A stretch of DNA of 64,000 bases from an uncultured virus (IMG/VR IMGVR_UViG_3300037961_004118) (taxonomy: Duplodnaviria; Heunggongvirae; Uroviricota; Caudoviricetes; Kyanoviridae), in IMG/VR virus record IMGVR_UViG_3300037961_004118; one strand, written 5' to 3'. Positions 10,215 through 20,617 of this stretch are shown piece after piece. Each line of letters begins with the position of its first letter. Positions within the stretch are counted from its first letter, which is position 1. The notes under the pieces were generated by a model. That model was not told where the DNA came from, searched no databases, and saw only the letters and a program-made list of their open reading frames with translations. A program made the position numbers and the translations under genes.

Positions 10215-11375
10215 ATGAAAAAGTTCAGTGCTTTCCTAACTGAAGCAGAGAGATCCTTTGCAGCTAAGTCTGCAGAAAAATTAAAACTTAAGCATATTGG
10301 GTATGGTAGGTATGCGGACCCTTCGGGGAACATTACCCATATGTCTAAAGACGGAAAACTTGTACGTGTAGATCCAAATCAACCTGAGGAGCCAACTCAA
10401 CAGAATGGAGAAGAAGAAACTGGAGATGGCTCGGGTAAGGTCGATCAAGGCGCAATATCTATTACATTTGGAAGATTTAATCCACCAACTATTGGCCATG
10501 AAAAACTTCTAGCAAAAGTAGCTAGAGAGGCAAAAGCAAATGGAGGAGAGTATAGAATATACCCCTCAAGGTCGGAGGATCCAAAGAAGAATCCCCTCGA
10601 CGCAGGCACCAAAGTTAAGTACATGCGGTTGGCGTATCCCGATCACGCGAACGCAATTGTTGACAATCCCGACATGCGTACTATTTTTGATGTTCTCACC
10701 GCTCTCGATTCTGACGGGTATAGTTCAGTTAATATTGTGGTGGGAGGCGACAGGGTTAGCGAGTTCAATAGTCTCGCAACGAAATACAATGGGGACTTAT
10801 ACACATTTGACGAAATCAAAGTGGTAAGTGCAGGTGGTCGTGATCCTGATGCTGAAGGTGTTGAGGGTATGTCTGCATCTAAGATGCGTAAGGCAGCAGT
10901 AGAAGGTGACTTTGATTCATTTGATCAAGGAATCCCCGAATCTTTAAGCAAGAAAGATAGAGATACATTATACTTGCTGCTACGTCAAGCGATGCAAGTA
11001 GAAGAATCTTTTGATGATTTTGCTGAAGCATCTTATGATGTATATGAAATCGCACCTAAGTTAGATCCTCAAGGTCTTCGCGAAGCATATTTCAATCAAG
11101 ATTTATTTGGAGTAGGAACCTTTGTCGAAAACATCAACACAGGGATCGTTAGTAAAGTTGTTAGTCGTGGTAGCAATTATGTCATCAGTGTTGATGAGTC
11201 TGATCATCTTTTCCGTACTTGGTTGAGAGATCTAGTAGAGAAAAATGATATCAAGTTTTTCAACTATACACCTGCTGGTGAAATGGGAACCGACAAACTT
11301 GCTAACTATATGAGGAGACTTACCCCTGGTGAGTTTATTCGCAAGATAAATAAAAAGGACAAGGACACTAAGTAA
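10215..11375 (+). CDS. Cytidylyltransferase/NMNAT-like nucleotidyltransferase
   Basis: TFGRFNPPTIGH (HIGH-like), VVGGDR, MSASKMR. Confidence 0.85.
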   Translation: MKKFSAFLTEAERSFAAKSAEKLKLKHIGYGRYADPSGNITHMSKDGKLVRVDPNQPEEPTQQNGEEETGDGSGKVDQGAISITFGRFNPPTIGHEKLLAKVAREAKANGGEYRIYPSRSEDPKKNPLDAGTKVKYMRLAYPDHANAIVDNPDMRTIFDVLTALDSDGYSSVNIVVGGDRVSEFNSLATKYNGDLYTFDEIKVVSAGGRDPDAEGVEGMSASKMRKAAVEGDFDSFDQGIPESLSKKDRDTLYLLLRQAMQVEESFDDFAEASYDVYEIAPKLDPQGLREAYFNQDLFGVGTFVENINTGIVSKVVSRGSNYVISVDESDHLFRTWLRDLVEKNDIKFFNYTPAGEMGTDKLANYMRRLTPGEFIRKINKKDKDTK

Positions 11376-11376
11376 G

Positions 11377-12909
11377 ATGTATCACAACGACCTTCCAGAT
11401 ATGTCTGAGGCACTCAGACAGGTTTATGAAAAGAAACAACTTGACTCTGTAGGTGCAGAGGACAAAGACATCGACAACGATGGTGATCACGATAAGACAG
11501 ATTCTTATCTCCTGAATCGTCGTAAGAAGGTCGCTAAGGCAATGGGTAAGAAGACCCATATCTGTGCAAAATTAGTTGGGTACAAGAAAGAAGAGTGGGA
11601 AACTATTCCTGAGCAGCACACCATGCTTGAGGATGGTACAGTAACTCACTACGATATTAAGAATGGTGATACTATTCTTGAGAATGTTCCTGTCGAAGAT
11701 TTAGATATCCTGATCTCTGAGAAGCATGAGCACTTCGATAACTACGACAAGAATGCTCAGATGATTGAGGGTTATGATGACTCCAAAGTTTCTATGAGAT
11801 TTGGAGATGGACCCGAAGCACAAAAAAAGAGAAAGGAGAAACTTGAAAAGAAAAGAGGGATGAAACTGGATGATCATCCTCAGTTCAAGAAAGAAGCATT
11901 CTACTTCACTGATGAAGAGATTGCTGACATGGTAGAAATTGATGAAGCAACTGATGAAGAACTGGAAGAGTTTTTCATTGAAGCAATTCAAGAACTCGCT
12001 GAAGATGAAGAAGATCTTCTGGAAATCTGCGAGCATCTTGAGCAAGTTGAAATGCTCTCTGAGGAAGAGCGTGATGCAGGTGCGATGGCAAGAGAAAAAC
12101 TCAACAAACCTGCTGGTCCTTCCCGCATGGATCGTTTGAAGTCTGCTGCTAAGAAAGCAGGTTCTAAACTAAAAGCAGGTGCTATGAAGGCAGGTGCTGC
12201 TGCTAAGAAAGGAATCAAGGCAGCGGGTAAATCTGCTGCAGCAAACGCTGGTAAAGCAGTTGGTACATTCCAAGCAAATAGAATTAAGGCAAAACGTGCA
12301 GAACTCTCTAAGAAAGATGCACCCAAGAAAGAAGCACCTAAGTCTTCCTCTAGCGATGACGACGGCACAGGTGGTAAGTTGGATGCACTCATTGCAAAGA
12401 CTAGAGGCACATCTGGTGGTAGTAGTTCTGGCGGTGGAAGCAGCAGTGCATCGTCTGGTGGCGGGGAAAGAAAGGGTCCTGGTCTTCTGAGAAGGATCGG
12501 TAGTGCAGTTAAGAAAGGTCTGAAGAAAGCGGTTGGTAAGACTGCTCGTGCAGTATCTGGTGGTAGTGACAAACTCGCCAAGCGTCTTGGTGAGAACTAT
12601 GACGAGATCGCACATCTCTATGAGTCTGGTCTATTCAGTATGGAAGAGATCGAGAACGTTGTCATGGAACTCTACAAAGGAAAGCATGGTCAGTCTGAGA
12701 AACAATACCAAGATGGTCGCTCTGACGGCGGCAAGATGGTCTCAGGTGACAGCAAAGTTAGTGGTGCTGCATACTCTTCTCGTGCAGTAAAGAACACTGG
12801 ACCTAATCCCGCTGGTGGCAGTAAGAAACCTCAGGGTCAAGGTCGCATGACCTCTGGCGCTAGAGCAGATCTGCAATATCGTAAAGCAAACATGAAGGCA
12901 GGTAAGTGA
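11377..12909 (+). CDS. Low-complexity probable internal head protein
   Basis: Alternating acidic and K/A/G-rich blocks separated by hydrophobic-X-E sites; DIDNDGDHD motif. Confidence 0.55.
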   Translation: MYHNDLPDMSEALRQVYEKKQLDSVGAEDKDIDNDGDHDKTDSYLLNRRKKVAKAMGKKTHICAKLVGYKKEEWETIPEQHTMLEDGTVTHYDIKNGDTILENVPVEDLDILISEKHEHFDNYDKNAQMIEGYDDSKVSMRFGDGPEAQKKRKEKLEKKRGMKLDDHPQFKKEAFYFTDEEIADMVEIDEATDEELEEFFIEAIQELAEDEEDLLEICEHLEQVEMLSEEERDAGAMAREKLNKPAGPSRMDRLKSAAKKAGSKLKAGAMKAGAAAKKGIKAAGKSAAANAGKAVGTFQANRIKAKRAELSKKDAPKKEAPKSSSSDDDGTGGKLDALIAKTRGTSGGSSSGGGSSSASSGGGERKGPGLLRRIGSAVKKGLKKAVGKTARAVSGGSDKLAKRLGENYDEIAHLYESGLFSMEEIENVVMELYKGKHGQSEKQYQDGRSDGGKMVSGDSKVSGAAYSSRAVKNTGPNPAGGSKKPQGQGRMTSGARADLQYRKANMKAGK

Positions 12910-13517
12910 TGTTAAGTTTTAAAGCACTTTCTGAAAAGAAAACCAAAATCAAAATCAACCCTAAGCAATCTGAAATTACAGAGAAGAAGGGTTGTAACCA
13001 TACTAAGAAAGGCATGGAGTGCCCCATGCATGGTATGGACAAGTGTCCTGACACCGAAGTGGAAGAAGGATACAAAGGATATTCTAAGGGTGGTGAAGTC
13101 GAACCTCCAAAGGAGAGACTCAAAACTGATCGTAATATGTTCAACATCCCTAAGGATGAGCAAGACGCTGCTCGCGAACGCCTTAAAGCGAAAGCAGCAG
13201 CAAAACGTAAACAACTTAAAAAGGAGGAAGCCTATGTCAGTCAAGAAGAAGTTTCAGAAGAAAGCACAAAAGAAGTCGCAGAAACTGAAACCTCACTCTT
13301 GACCTTTGGTCAGTTTGCAGAAGGATTATCAATTGATGATCAGATGAGGATCTCTAGGGAGCACAATAGAAAGTCTCCTGAAGAGAAGAAAGCAGCAAAC
13401 AAAAAAGCAATGGGTAATGTTAAAAAGGTTGCTCCCAAAAAAGACACCAGAACAGATGCTCAGAAAATGACTGATGCAACTGGACCTCGCCCTGGTTCTC
13501 GTTATAGAGGAGACTGA
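12909..13517 (+). CDS. Probable internal head protein
   Basis: N-terminus MLSFKALSE; K/E-rich. Confidence 0.5.
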   Translation: MLSFKALSEKKTKIKINPKQSEITEKKGCNHTKKGMECPMHGMDKCPDTEVEEGYKGYSKGGEVEPPKERLKTDRNMFNIPKDEQDAARERLKAKAAAKRKQLKKEEAYVSQEEVSEESTKEVAETETSLLTFGQFAEGLSIDDQMRISREHNRKSPEEKKAANKKAMGNVKKVAPKKDTRTDAQKMTDATGPRPGSRYRGD

Positions 13518-13557
13518 TTTTTCCTATATAGGATAGACCCCTTTATAGGATAAAATC

Positions 13558-13761
13558 ATGTTAGCATTTTTACTCCCCCTTGCTAAGAAAGTTGTAGCAG
13601 ACGCAGTATCTAAGATCCCTGATGATGCAGAACTCGGTGAAAAACTCATTGATATCTGTATCTTGGTTCTGGAGAAAGCAGTCAAACTTACAAAGACAAC
13701 TGCTGACGATAAGCTGTTAGAAGCAGTGAAGAAAGCACTTGTCACTAGAGAAGAAAAATAA
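13558..13761 (+). CDS. Small helical hypothetical protein
   Basis: MLAFLLPLA...TKTTADDKLLEAVK. Confidence 0.65.
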   Translation: MLAFLLPLAKKVVADAVSKIPDDAELGEKLIDICILVLEKAVKLTKTTADDKLLEAVKKALVTREEK

Positions 13762-13763
13762 TT

Positions 13764-13787
13764 AAAGGGGCGAAAGCCCCTTTTTTT
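13764..13787 (+). terminator. Rho-independent terminator
   Basis: AGGGGC-GAAA-GCCCCT + T run. Confidence 0.85.
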
Positions 13788-13794
13788 ATAAATA
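13787..13794 (+). promoter_or_regulatory. T4-type late promoter
   Basis: TATAAATA. Confidence 0.75.
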
Positions 13795-13822
13795 AATATT
13801 AGGAAAACGTCTTCGGAGCAAC

Positions 13823-14559
13823 ATGGCAATCTNNNNNNNNNNGTAACTAAAAACGCTGCTGACTCTGTAGAGGTTGGTGACGTTCTGGATATTCTTGGCG
13901 TTGCTTACATCGTAAAAACAGTAACATCAACCACTTCTATCGAACTGCACACAACTTATGCAGGATCTACTGCAGCATCAGTTGCTGCTGCTAGTGTTCT
14001 ACGCAGAACACCTCCTCGTGCAGTTGCTGAGTTTGTTATCAAGGGTGGCGACACTAACTCTTACGAGTTACTTTTCGTAGATGACACTGAGAAAGACATT
14101 GCAGCAAACAAGGGTCGTGGTATCACTGGTCCTGGTTGGTGGCAGTATCGCACTCATACTGATGTATCTGGTGCAACTCGTCATAAGGCAGAGTGCTTAG
14201 CATTCGTACATGCAAGTGCTTCTGATGCAGGTGACGACACTGATGATACACTCGTAGCAGATGCAGCGAACACCATCACCCTCAGCACAAACAACACCGA
14301 CAAGACTACTTCATCTGGTGCAGCAACCTTCGCTGTTGTCGCGTCTGTTACCAACTCTGGTACAGCATCGTTCCAATGGCAGAAGCGCACATCTTCCAGT
14401 GGTCGTTTTGCAAACGTCTCTGGTGCAACCAGCACCAACCTGGCACTCACAGGTCAGACTGCAGCAAACGATGGCAACCAGTATCGTGTTAAGGTAACAT
14501 CTGATAATGGTGCTCCTGAAGTAATCTCTGCCGTAGCAACATTGACATTTGGTAGCTAA
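13823..14559 (+). CDS. Virion protein with C-terminal Ig-like domain (Hoc-like); spans an N gap
   Basis: Manual translation after gap: GITGPGWWQYRT...RHKAECL...FQWQK...GATSTNL...DGNQYRVKV. Confidence 0.7.
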
Positions 14560-14921
14560 TGAAATTTGACGAACTGAATGAGTCTAACTACATTCTGTTC
14601 GCCATTAAGCATTATGAAAATCCTCATTGTGTGACAAGAGAGGATTTTGATGAGGACATCAAACGCTTCAAGTATCTGAAAAGACTCTTGAAGCGTTATG
14701 TTCGTGGGGGGTCACTAAGGATTCACCTGATAATTAATCATCTCATCATTCTTTATAATGTTTTTGGTGAAGCAGCAACACCGCTCCTCTTCTTTAAGTT
14801 GGAGCGTGAGTATTGGAGTATACTGAAAACCATACTTCTTTACTTGAATAAATATCCTTTAGATATGATGCCTCGATTAGAGGTCGATGAGGACGTACAA
14901 GAAGACTTGGAGAAACTATGA
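14559..14921 (+). CDS. Conserved T4-like hypothetical protein
   Basis: MKFDELNESNYILFAIKHYENP...LIINHLIILYNVFG. Confidence 0.8.
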   Translation: MKFDELNESNYILFAIKHYENPHCVTREDFDEDIKRFKYLKRLLKRYVRGGSLRIHLIINHLIILYNVFGEAATPLLFFKLEREYWSILKTILLYLNKYPLDMMPRLEVDEDVQEDLEKL

Positions 14922-15472
14922 CAGTCATGACTGCTGGTACTGGGGGATTTAGTAGCAACGCCGCTGCTACAGGACCCAATGCGGGTTATGATCCTGTGCT
15001 GAAGTTTCGTAAGAAACTGAAGAAGACTAAAGAGGATAAAAAACTTGTGGCACCTGGTAACAAACTGGGTGAATCAAAAGAAAATCCTAAGATGCCTTCC
15101 CGTCTTTTCCAATACAAGGTAAGTATTCCTGAAGTTGGTGAGACTGTTATCTATGCTAACTCTCCTGCAGAGTTGCAACGAAAACTTCGCATGGTAATTT
15201 CTCCAATGCACAGAAGCAGCATTGAGATTGAGAGAATCCTGCCTGCTAATGCTGGTAAGTTCTTCATGGACAAGCGTATGAAGCACATGCGTAATGTTCA
15301 GGAACAAGCAGATAAGCAAATGCAGATGCAGATTACACAACAACAAATTGGTAATGAGAAAAAGAAAGTCCAAATGAAGATCAAAGAGTTACAGACACAA
15401 TTGCAGAAGAAGACTGCATCTCTGAAACTGAAAGCAAGATCTGGTGGGGCACAAGCGTCGGTAGATAAGTAA
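14918..15472 (+). CDS. Hypothetical protein with C-terminal coiled coil
   Basis: GTGGFSS..AATGPNAGYDP N-terminus; Q/K-rich tail. Confidence 0.65.
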   Translation: MTVMTAGTGGFSSNAAATGPNAGYDPVLKFRKKLKKTKEDKKLVAPGNKLGESKENPKMPSRLFQYKVSIPEVGETVIYANSPAELQRKLRMVISPMHRSSIEIERILPANAGKFFMDKRMKHMRNVQEQADKQMQMQITQQQIGNEKKKVQMKIKELQTQLQKKTASLKLKARSGGAQASVDK

Positions 15473-15901
15473 ATGGCATTCGGATTGGGTAGACTAGAAG
15501 GATTACAAACAAAACTTGACATCTACGAGGACTTATCTAAAGAGATGTTGGACAAGTTAGAACGTGCTGTCTCTACCATTTCCGAAAATAGTAATAAAGT
15601 ATCAGTCATCCTGGAGCGACATGAGAATCGTTTGGATGAAGCAACTAGATCAGATCAATTGATCATCAAAATGATCGAAGAGATGAAGGATCAGGAAGAA
15701 AAGAATCACAATATCCTTCATGAAAGAATCGACAGAATTCAAAAGAAAGTAGATACAAACCAGAGGTTTGTGATTGGAGCAGGTGCTGTGTTAGCAACCC
15801 TAGGAGTGATCGCTCAGATAGCATTTCCTATTTACAGGTCCTTGACAAACGAACCTACAGCGAGTATGATACGTACTGAGGTTGTCAGAACTATTGGGTG
15901 A
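15473..15901 (+). CDS. Coiled-coil membrane protein
   Basis: Heptad region followed by TM segment FVIGAGAVLATLGVIAQIAF. Confidence 0.7.
   Translation: MAFGLGRLEGLQTKLDIYEDLSKEMLDKLERAVSTISENSNKVSVILERHENRLDEATRSDQLIIKMIEEMKDQEEKNHNILHERIDRIQKKVDTNQRFVIGAGAVLATLGVIAQIAFPIYRSLTNEPTASMIRTEVVRTIG
15842..15870 (+). promoter_or_regulatory. Sigma70-type promoter for primase
   Basis: TTGACA-17-TATGAT. Confidence 0.7.
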
Positions 15902-16890
15902 TTGATTTTTATTATGCGAATCTGGTCGCTTCTCGACTGGATAAGTTCAAGCAACTGAGGACTGGAGTATACACTTTTAGGTGTCCCTATTGTGGTGACT
16001 CACAGAAGCACAAGAACAAAACCAGAGGATATTTCTTCACCAAGAAAAGTGGACTTGTATACAAGTGTCACAATTGTGGTGTAGGTAGATCGTTTGGTAA
16101 TTTTTTGAAGGAACAAGCACCAGAACTCTATGACGAGTATGTTATGGAGAGGTACAAGTCTGGACTGACTGGAAAGGGTAGGAACGTAGCAGATCCTACA
16201 TTCGAGTTTCAGAAACCTGTCTTCAAAAAGAAAAAAACTACTGATCTGCAGTCTATGGATCAGCTAAATAAGGAACACCCTGCAGTCGGATATCTTCTCG
16301 GTCGTCAAATACCTGAAACAAATTATTCAGATTTGTTCTATACCGACAAGTTCTGCACATGGGTTAACACTCAAAAACCAACGTTCAAAGATGTCAAAAA
16401 GGATCACCCAAGAATTATCATCCCTTTTATTGACACCAACGGCGAATGGTTTGGATTCCAAGGCAGGTCCCTAGTACCCAATGATCCGATGCGTTACATC
16501 ACGATCATGTTGGACGAGTCTAAAACAAAAATCTTTGGTCTTAATCGAGTAGATTTTAGTAAGACCATATACATTACAGAAGGTCCTATTGATAGTTTCT
16601 ACATCGACAATGCAATTGCTATGGCAGGAGCAGATGTTGATTGGAGTGCATTGGTAGGGAAAGAAGTAGTCTTTGTTTATGACAACGAACGACGTAATAG
16701 AGATATTGTCAAACGAATGGAAAAAGCAATTGAAAAAGGATATGAAATTGTGATTTGGCCAGAGAACTTGAAAGAGAAAGATCTGAACGACATGTTTATC
16801 GCTGGACATGATGTGCAATCTCTGGTAGAATTCAACACTTACAGCGGTCTACAAGCTCAAATTAAATTAAGCGAATGGAAAAAGGTATGA
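15898..16890 (+). CDS. gp61: DNA primase (gp61)
   Basis: CPYCGDS...CHNC zinc finger; TOPRIM EGPIDS, YDNE. Confidence 0.96.
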   Translation: MIDFYYANLVASRLDKFKQLRTGVYTFRCPYCGDSQKHKNKTRGYFFTKKSGLVYKCHNCGVGRSFGNFLKEQAPELYDEYVMERYKSGLTGKGRNVADPTFEFQKPVFKKKKTTDLQSMDQLNKEHPAVGYLLGRQIPETNYSDLFYTDKFCTWVNTQKPTFKDVKKDHPRIIIPFIDTNGEWFGFQGRSLVPNDPMRYITIMLDESKTKIFGLNRVDFSKTIYITEGPIDSFYIDNAIAMAGADVDWSALVGKEVVFVYDNERRNRDIVKRMEKAIEKGYEIVIWPENLKEKDLNDMFIAGHDVQSLVEFNTYSGLQAQIKLSEWKKV

Positions 16891-19187
16891 AAGAGATCCA
16901 AGTAATTAAAAGAGATGGAGAAAAAACTCCACTCAACTTAGACAAAGTTCATGCGATGGTAGAACACGCTTGCAATGGTCTTGCAGGTGTCTCTGAGAGT
17001 CAGGTTGAGATGAATGCTAATCTGCAATTTTTTGATGGTATCAAGACCTCTGATATTCAAGAGATCCTTATTCGTTCTGCCAATGATTTGATCTCTTTGG
17101 AAGCACCTAACTATCAGTTTGTTGCTGCACGTCTGCTTCTATTTGGTCTTAGGAAAGCAGTATATAATGGTCACCCTGATGGGCATCCTCCACTCAAAGA
17201 ACACGTTGAGAGGTGTGTTGTGAGGGGTGTGTATGATCACACTATTCTTTCAAAGTATACTGATGAAGAATGGGAGAAGTTATCTTCTTTCATGGATCAC
17301 GATCGTGACTATTTGTTCACATATGCTGGCATTCGTCAAGTCGCAGATAAATATTTGGTGCAGGATCGTAGTTCTGGTGAGGTGTATGAGACACCCCAGT
17401 TCATGTATATGATGATTGCTGCAACATTATTCCAAGATGACGATAAGTTTTATCGTCTCGAATACGTCAAAAAATACTATGACGCAATCTCCAAACACCG
17501 AATCAACATCCCGACACCAGTCATGGCAGGGGTTAGAACCCCCCTTCGACAATTTGCTAGCTGTGTTCTTGTTGATGTTGATGACACCCTCGATAGCATC
17601 TTTAGCAGTGACATGGCTATTGGTTACTATGTTGCTCAAAGGGCTGGTATCGGTATCAACGCAGGTAGAATCAGGGGTATCAACAGCAAAATCCGAGGTG
17701 GAGAGGTTCAACACACAGGTGTGGTCCCCTTCCTCAAAAAGTTTGAATCAACTGTCCGATGCTGCACACAAAACGGCATCCGAGGTGGGTCAGCAACTGT
17801 CCACTTTCCTATCTGGCATCAAGAGATAGAAGATATTATTGTTCTTAAGAACAACAAAGGAACCGAAGATAATCGTGTTCGTAAACTAGACTATAGTATT
17901 CAGTTCAGTAAACTCTTCTATGAACGATTCATCCAGAATGGAATCATCTCCCTCTTCAGTCCGAACGATGTACCTGGTTTGTATGACGCTTTTGGCACTG
18001 ATGAATTTGATGATCTCTATACAAGTTATGAATCTGACGGAGGAGTTCCAAGAAAGACTGTTCGTGCTCAAGAACTTTTTCTGGACATCCTGAAGGAGAG
18101 AGCAGAGACTGGTCGTTTGTACATTATGAACATCGACCATTGTAATACTCACTCTTCATTTAAAGACAAGGTGAATATGAGTAACCTGTGTCAAGAGATC
18201 ACTCTGCCTACAGATCCTCTGCAACACATTGACAAGAAAGGTGAGATTGCTCTGTGCATTCTTTCTGCAATCAACGTTGGTAAACTGAAGAACCTGGACG
18301 AACTGGATGAACTCTGTGACCTCGCTGTAAGAGGTCTGGATGCCTTGATTGATTATCAAGAGTATCCTGTTAATGCAGCAGAGCAGAGCACTACCAATCG
18401 TCGCTCACTGGGCATCGGTTATATTGGACTCGCACATTACCTTGCAAAGCATGGTGCAAACTATGACAGCAGCAAGGCACATGACCTCGTTCACAAACTC
18501 ACTGAGAGGTTCCAGTATGCCCTTCTAACAGCGTCTAATCGTCTTGCTATGGAGAAGGGTCCTTGCGGTTATTTTGGTAAAACAAAGTACGCTGACGGAA
18601 TTCTTCCTATCGATACATATAAGAAGGAAGTGGATGAGATTGTACCGAATGACCTTTCATGTGATTGGGAGTTTCTTAGAGAGCGAATCAAACAATACGG
18701 ACTTAGGAACTCAACATTGTCCGCACAAATGCCTTCGGAGAGCAGCTCCGTTGTGTCAAACGCTACCAATGGAATCGAGCCGCCTCGTGCATACTTGTCC
18801 GTTAAGAAGTCGAAGAAAGGTCCCCTCAAGCAGATTGTCCCGTCTTATACAACACTTAAAAATGCCTACACTCTTCTCTGGGACATGCCAAACAACGACG
18901 GATACATCAAAGTCACCGCCGTAATTCAAAAGTTCTTTGATCAGGCAATCAGTGGCAACTGGAGTTACAATCCAGAGATGTATCCAGACAACGAAGTGCC
19001 AGTATCAGTGATGGCAAAAGATCTTCTAACTACTTACAAGTATGGATGGAAGACTTCTTACTATCAAAATACATATGATGCTAAGAAAGATGGTGATGAT
19101 GAACCTGTGAAAGAAAATGTTGACGCATTAATTCAAGAGTTACTAACAACCGAGGAGGAAGAAGATTGTGAGTCCTGCAAAATCTGA
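16887..19187 (+). CDS. nrdA: Ribonucleotide reductase class Ia alpha subunit
   Basis: ATP cone VIKRDG; SCVL; SNLCQEI; C-terminal CESC. Confidence 0.98.
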   Translation: MKEIQVIKRDGEKTPLNLDKVHAMVEHACNGLAGVSESQVEMNANLQFFDGIKTSDIQEILIRSANDLISLEAPNYQFVAARLLLFGLRKAVYNGHPDGHPPLKEHVERCVVRGVYDHTILSKYTDEEWEKLSSFMDHDRDYLFTYAGIRQVADKYLVQDRSSGEVYETPQFMYMMIAATLFQDDDKFYRLEYVKKYYDAISKHRINIPTPVMAGVRTPLRQFASCVLVDVDDTLDSIFSSDMAIGYYVAQRAGIGINAGRIRGINSKIRGGEVQHTGVVPFLKKFESTVRCCTQNGIRGGSATVHFPIWHQEIEDIIVLKNNKGTEDNRVRKLDYSIQFSKLFYERFIQNGIISLFSPNDVPGLYDAFGTDEFDDLYTSYESDGGVPRKTVRAQELFLDILKERAETGRLYIMNIDHCNTHSSFKDKVNMSNLCQEITLPTDPLQHIDKKGEIALCILSAINVGKLKNLDELDELCDLAVRGLDALIDYQEYPVNAAEQSTTNRRSLGIGYIGLAHYLAKHGANYDSSKAHDLVHKLTERFQYALLTASNRLAMEKGPCGYFGKTKYADGILPIDTYKKEVDEIVPNDLSCDWEFLRERIKQYGLRNSTLSAQMPSESSSVVSNATNGIEPPRAYLSVKKSKKGPLKQIVPSYTTLKNAYTLLWDMPNNDGYIKVTAVIQKFFDQAISGNWSYNPEMYPDNEVPVSVMAKDLLTTYKYGWKTSYYQNTYDAKKDGDDEPVKENVDALIQELLTTEEEEDCESCKI

Positions 19188-20328
19188 AGTAGAGGGTATG
19201 ACCGTATTCAATAGTAAAAAAGTAGACACAAAGAAGCAACCAATGTTTTTTGGTCAACCTCTGGGAGTCCAGAGGTATGACTCTTATAAGTATCCAGTGT
19301 TCGACAGATTGACCCAGCAACAACTGGGTTACTTCTGGAGACCTGAAGAGGTATCCCTACAAAAAGATCGTGCAGATTACCAAACTTTATCGCCTGAGCA
19401 AAAACACATCTTCACTAGTAACCTTAAGTACCAGATCATGTTGGATTCTGTACAAGGGCGTGGTCCTGGGATGGCTTTTATCCCTTACTGCTCACTGCCT
19501 GAGTTAGAATCTTGTATGTTAGTATGGGAGTTTATGGAGATGATCCATAGTCGCTCCTACACATACATCATTAAGAATGTTTATTCTGATCCTAGCGAAG
19601 TCTTTGATACCATCTTGGATGATGAACGTATCCTTGATAGAGCATCCTCGGTTACTGGATCTTATGATGAGTTCATCGAACATGCTCATCAGTATGATGG
19701 CAGCACTATGTGGGATCTTGCAAGAGAAGGTCACCAGGGTGGACAATGGGAACGCCGTGAGTTGAAGCGTAAACTTTATCGTGCAGTTGCTAACGTAAAT
19801 ATCCTAGAGGGTATTCGTTTCTATACATCGTTTGCATGTTCTTTTGCTTTTGGTGAGAACAAACTCATGGAGGGTTCTGCAAAGATTCTTTCTCTGATTG
19901 CTCGTGATGAATCTCAACATCTGGTGCTTACTCAGAACATTCTGAAAAACTGGATGAATGGAGATGATAAAGAGATGCAAGAGATTGCTAAGGAAGAGGA
20001 AGGTTGGGTTGCAAACATGTTCCAGACCGCAGTAAATGAAGAGAAAACTTGGGCAGATTATCTGTTCAAAGATGGTTCGATGATTGGTCTTAATGAACGT
20101 TTGTTACATAACTACGTTGAATGGATTGCTAATCGTAGAATGAAAGCCATTGGTATCAAACCGATGTTCGATATCCCTGCTAAGAACAATCCTTTGCCCT
20201 GGACAGAGCACTGGTTAAATAGTAAGGGTCAACAAAATGCACCTCAAGAAACGGAGATTGAAAGTTATGTCATCGGAGGAATCAAACAAGATGTCAAATC
20301 AGATTCGTTCGCAGGATTTTCTCTCTGA
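19168..20328 (+). CDS. nrdB: Ribonucleotide reductase beta subunit (start may be 19198)
   Basis: FWRPEE, EMIHSRSY, EGIRFY, RDESQH. Confidence 0.98.
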   Translation: MSPAKSEVEGMTVFNSKKVDTKKQPMFFGQPLGVQRYDSYKYPVFDRLTQQQLGYFWRPEEVSLQKDRADYQTLSPEQKHIFTSNLKYQIMLDSVQGRGPGMAFIPYCSLPELESCMLVWEFMEMIHSRSYTYIIKNVYSDPSEVFDTILDDERILDRASSVTGSYDEFIEHAHQYDGSTMWDLAREGHQGGQWERRELKRKLYRAVANVNILEGIRFYTSFACSFAFGENKLMEGSAKILSLIARDESQHLVLTQNILKNWMNGDDKEMQEIAKEEEGWVANMFQTAVNEEKTWADYLFKDGSMIGLNERLLHNYVEWIANRRMKAIGIKPMFDIPAKNNPLPWTEHWLNSKGQQNAPQETEIESYVIGGIKQDVKSDSFAGFSL

Positions 20329-20545
20329 TGCTGAGTGGGATTCGTTCCTAGATAAAACCGACCAACCATCTAATCCTTTCGCGGAGGCACAATGGGAAAT
20401 GGAAAAGAAAAAAGCACAGCAACAGGAAAGAAACACTAGACATAGTGTTGATAAGGGTCAAGAGTTTATCAAATCTGGTATGACCCTTATCACTGATGTA
20501 GAATCTGATAGATATCTAAAGAAAACGAAAAAGGTATCAGAGTGA
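20291..20545 (+). CDS. Hypothetical protein
   Basis: GGAGGA RBS; overlaps the nrdB end. Confidence 0.55.
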   Translation: MSNQIRSQDFLSDAEWDSFLDKTDQPSNPFAEAQWEMEKKKAQQQERNTRHSVDKGQEFIKSGMTLITDVESDRYLKKTKKVSE

Positions 20546-20569
20546 ACTACATATATCATGGTTTCATGA

Positions 20570-20577
20570 TATAAATA
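20570..20577 (+). promoter_or_regulatory. T4-type late promoter ahead of the riboswitch cassette
   Basis: TATAAATA. Confidence 0.7.
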
Positions 20578-20617
20578 TAGATGTAGCACTTGCTACACAC
20601 TTAACGTTCATCTCACA

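Noticed and set aside
1331..20328. Introns or inteins in gp43, gp41, nrdA, nrdB
   Set aside because: Continuous ORFs of ordinary length; no splicing motifs seen
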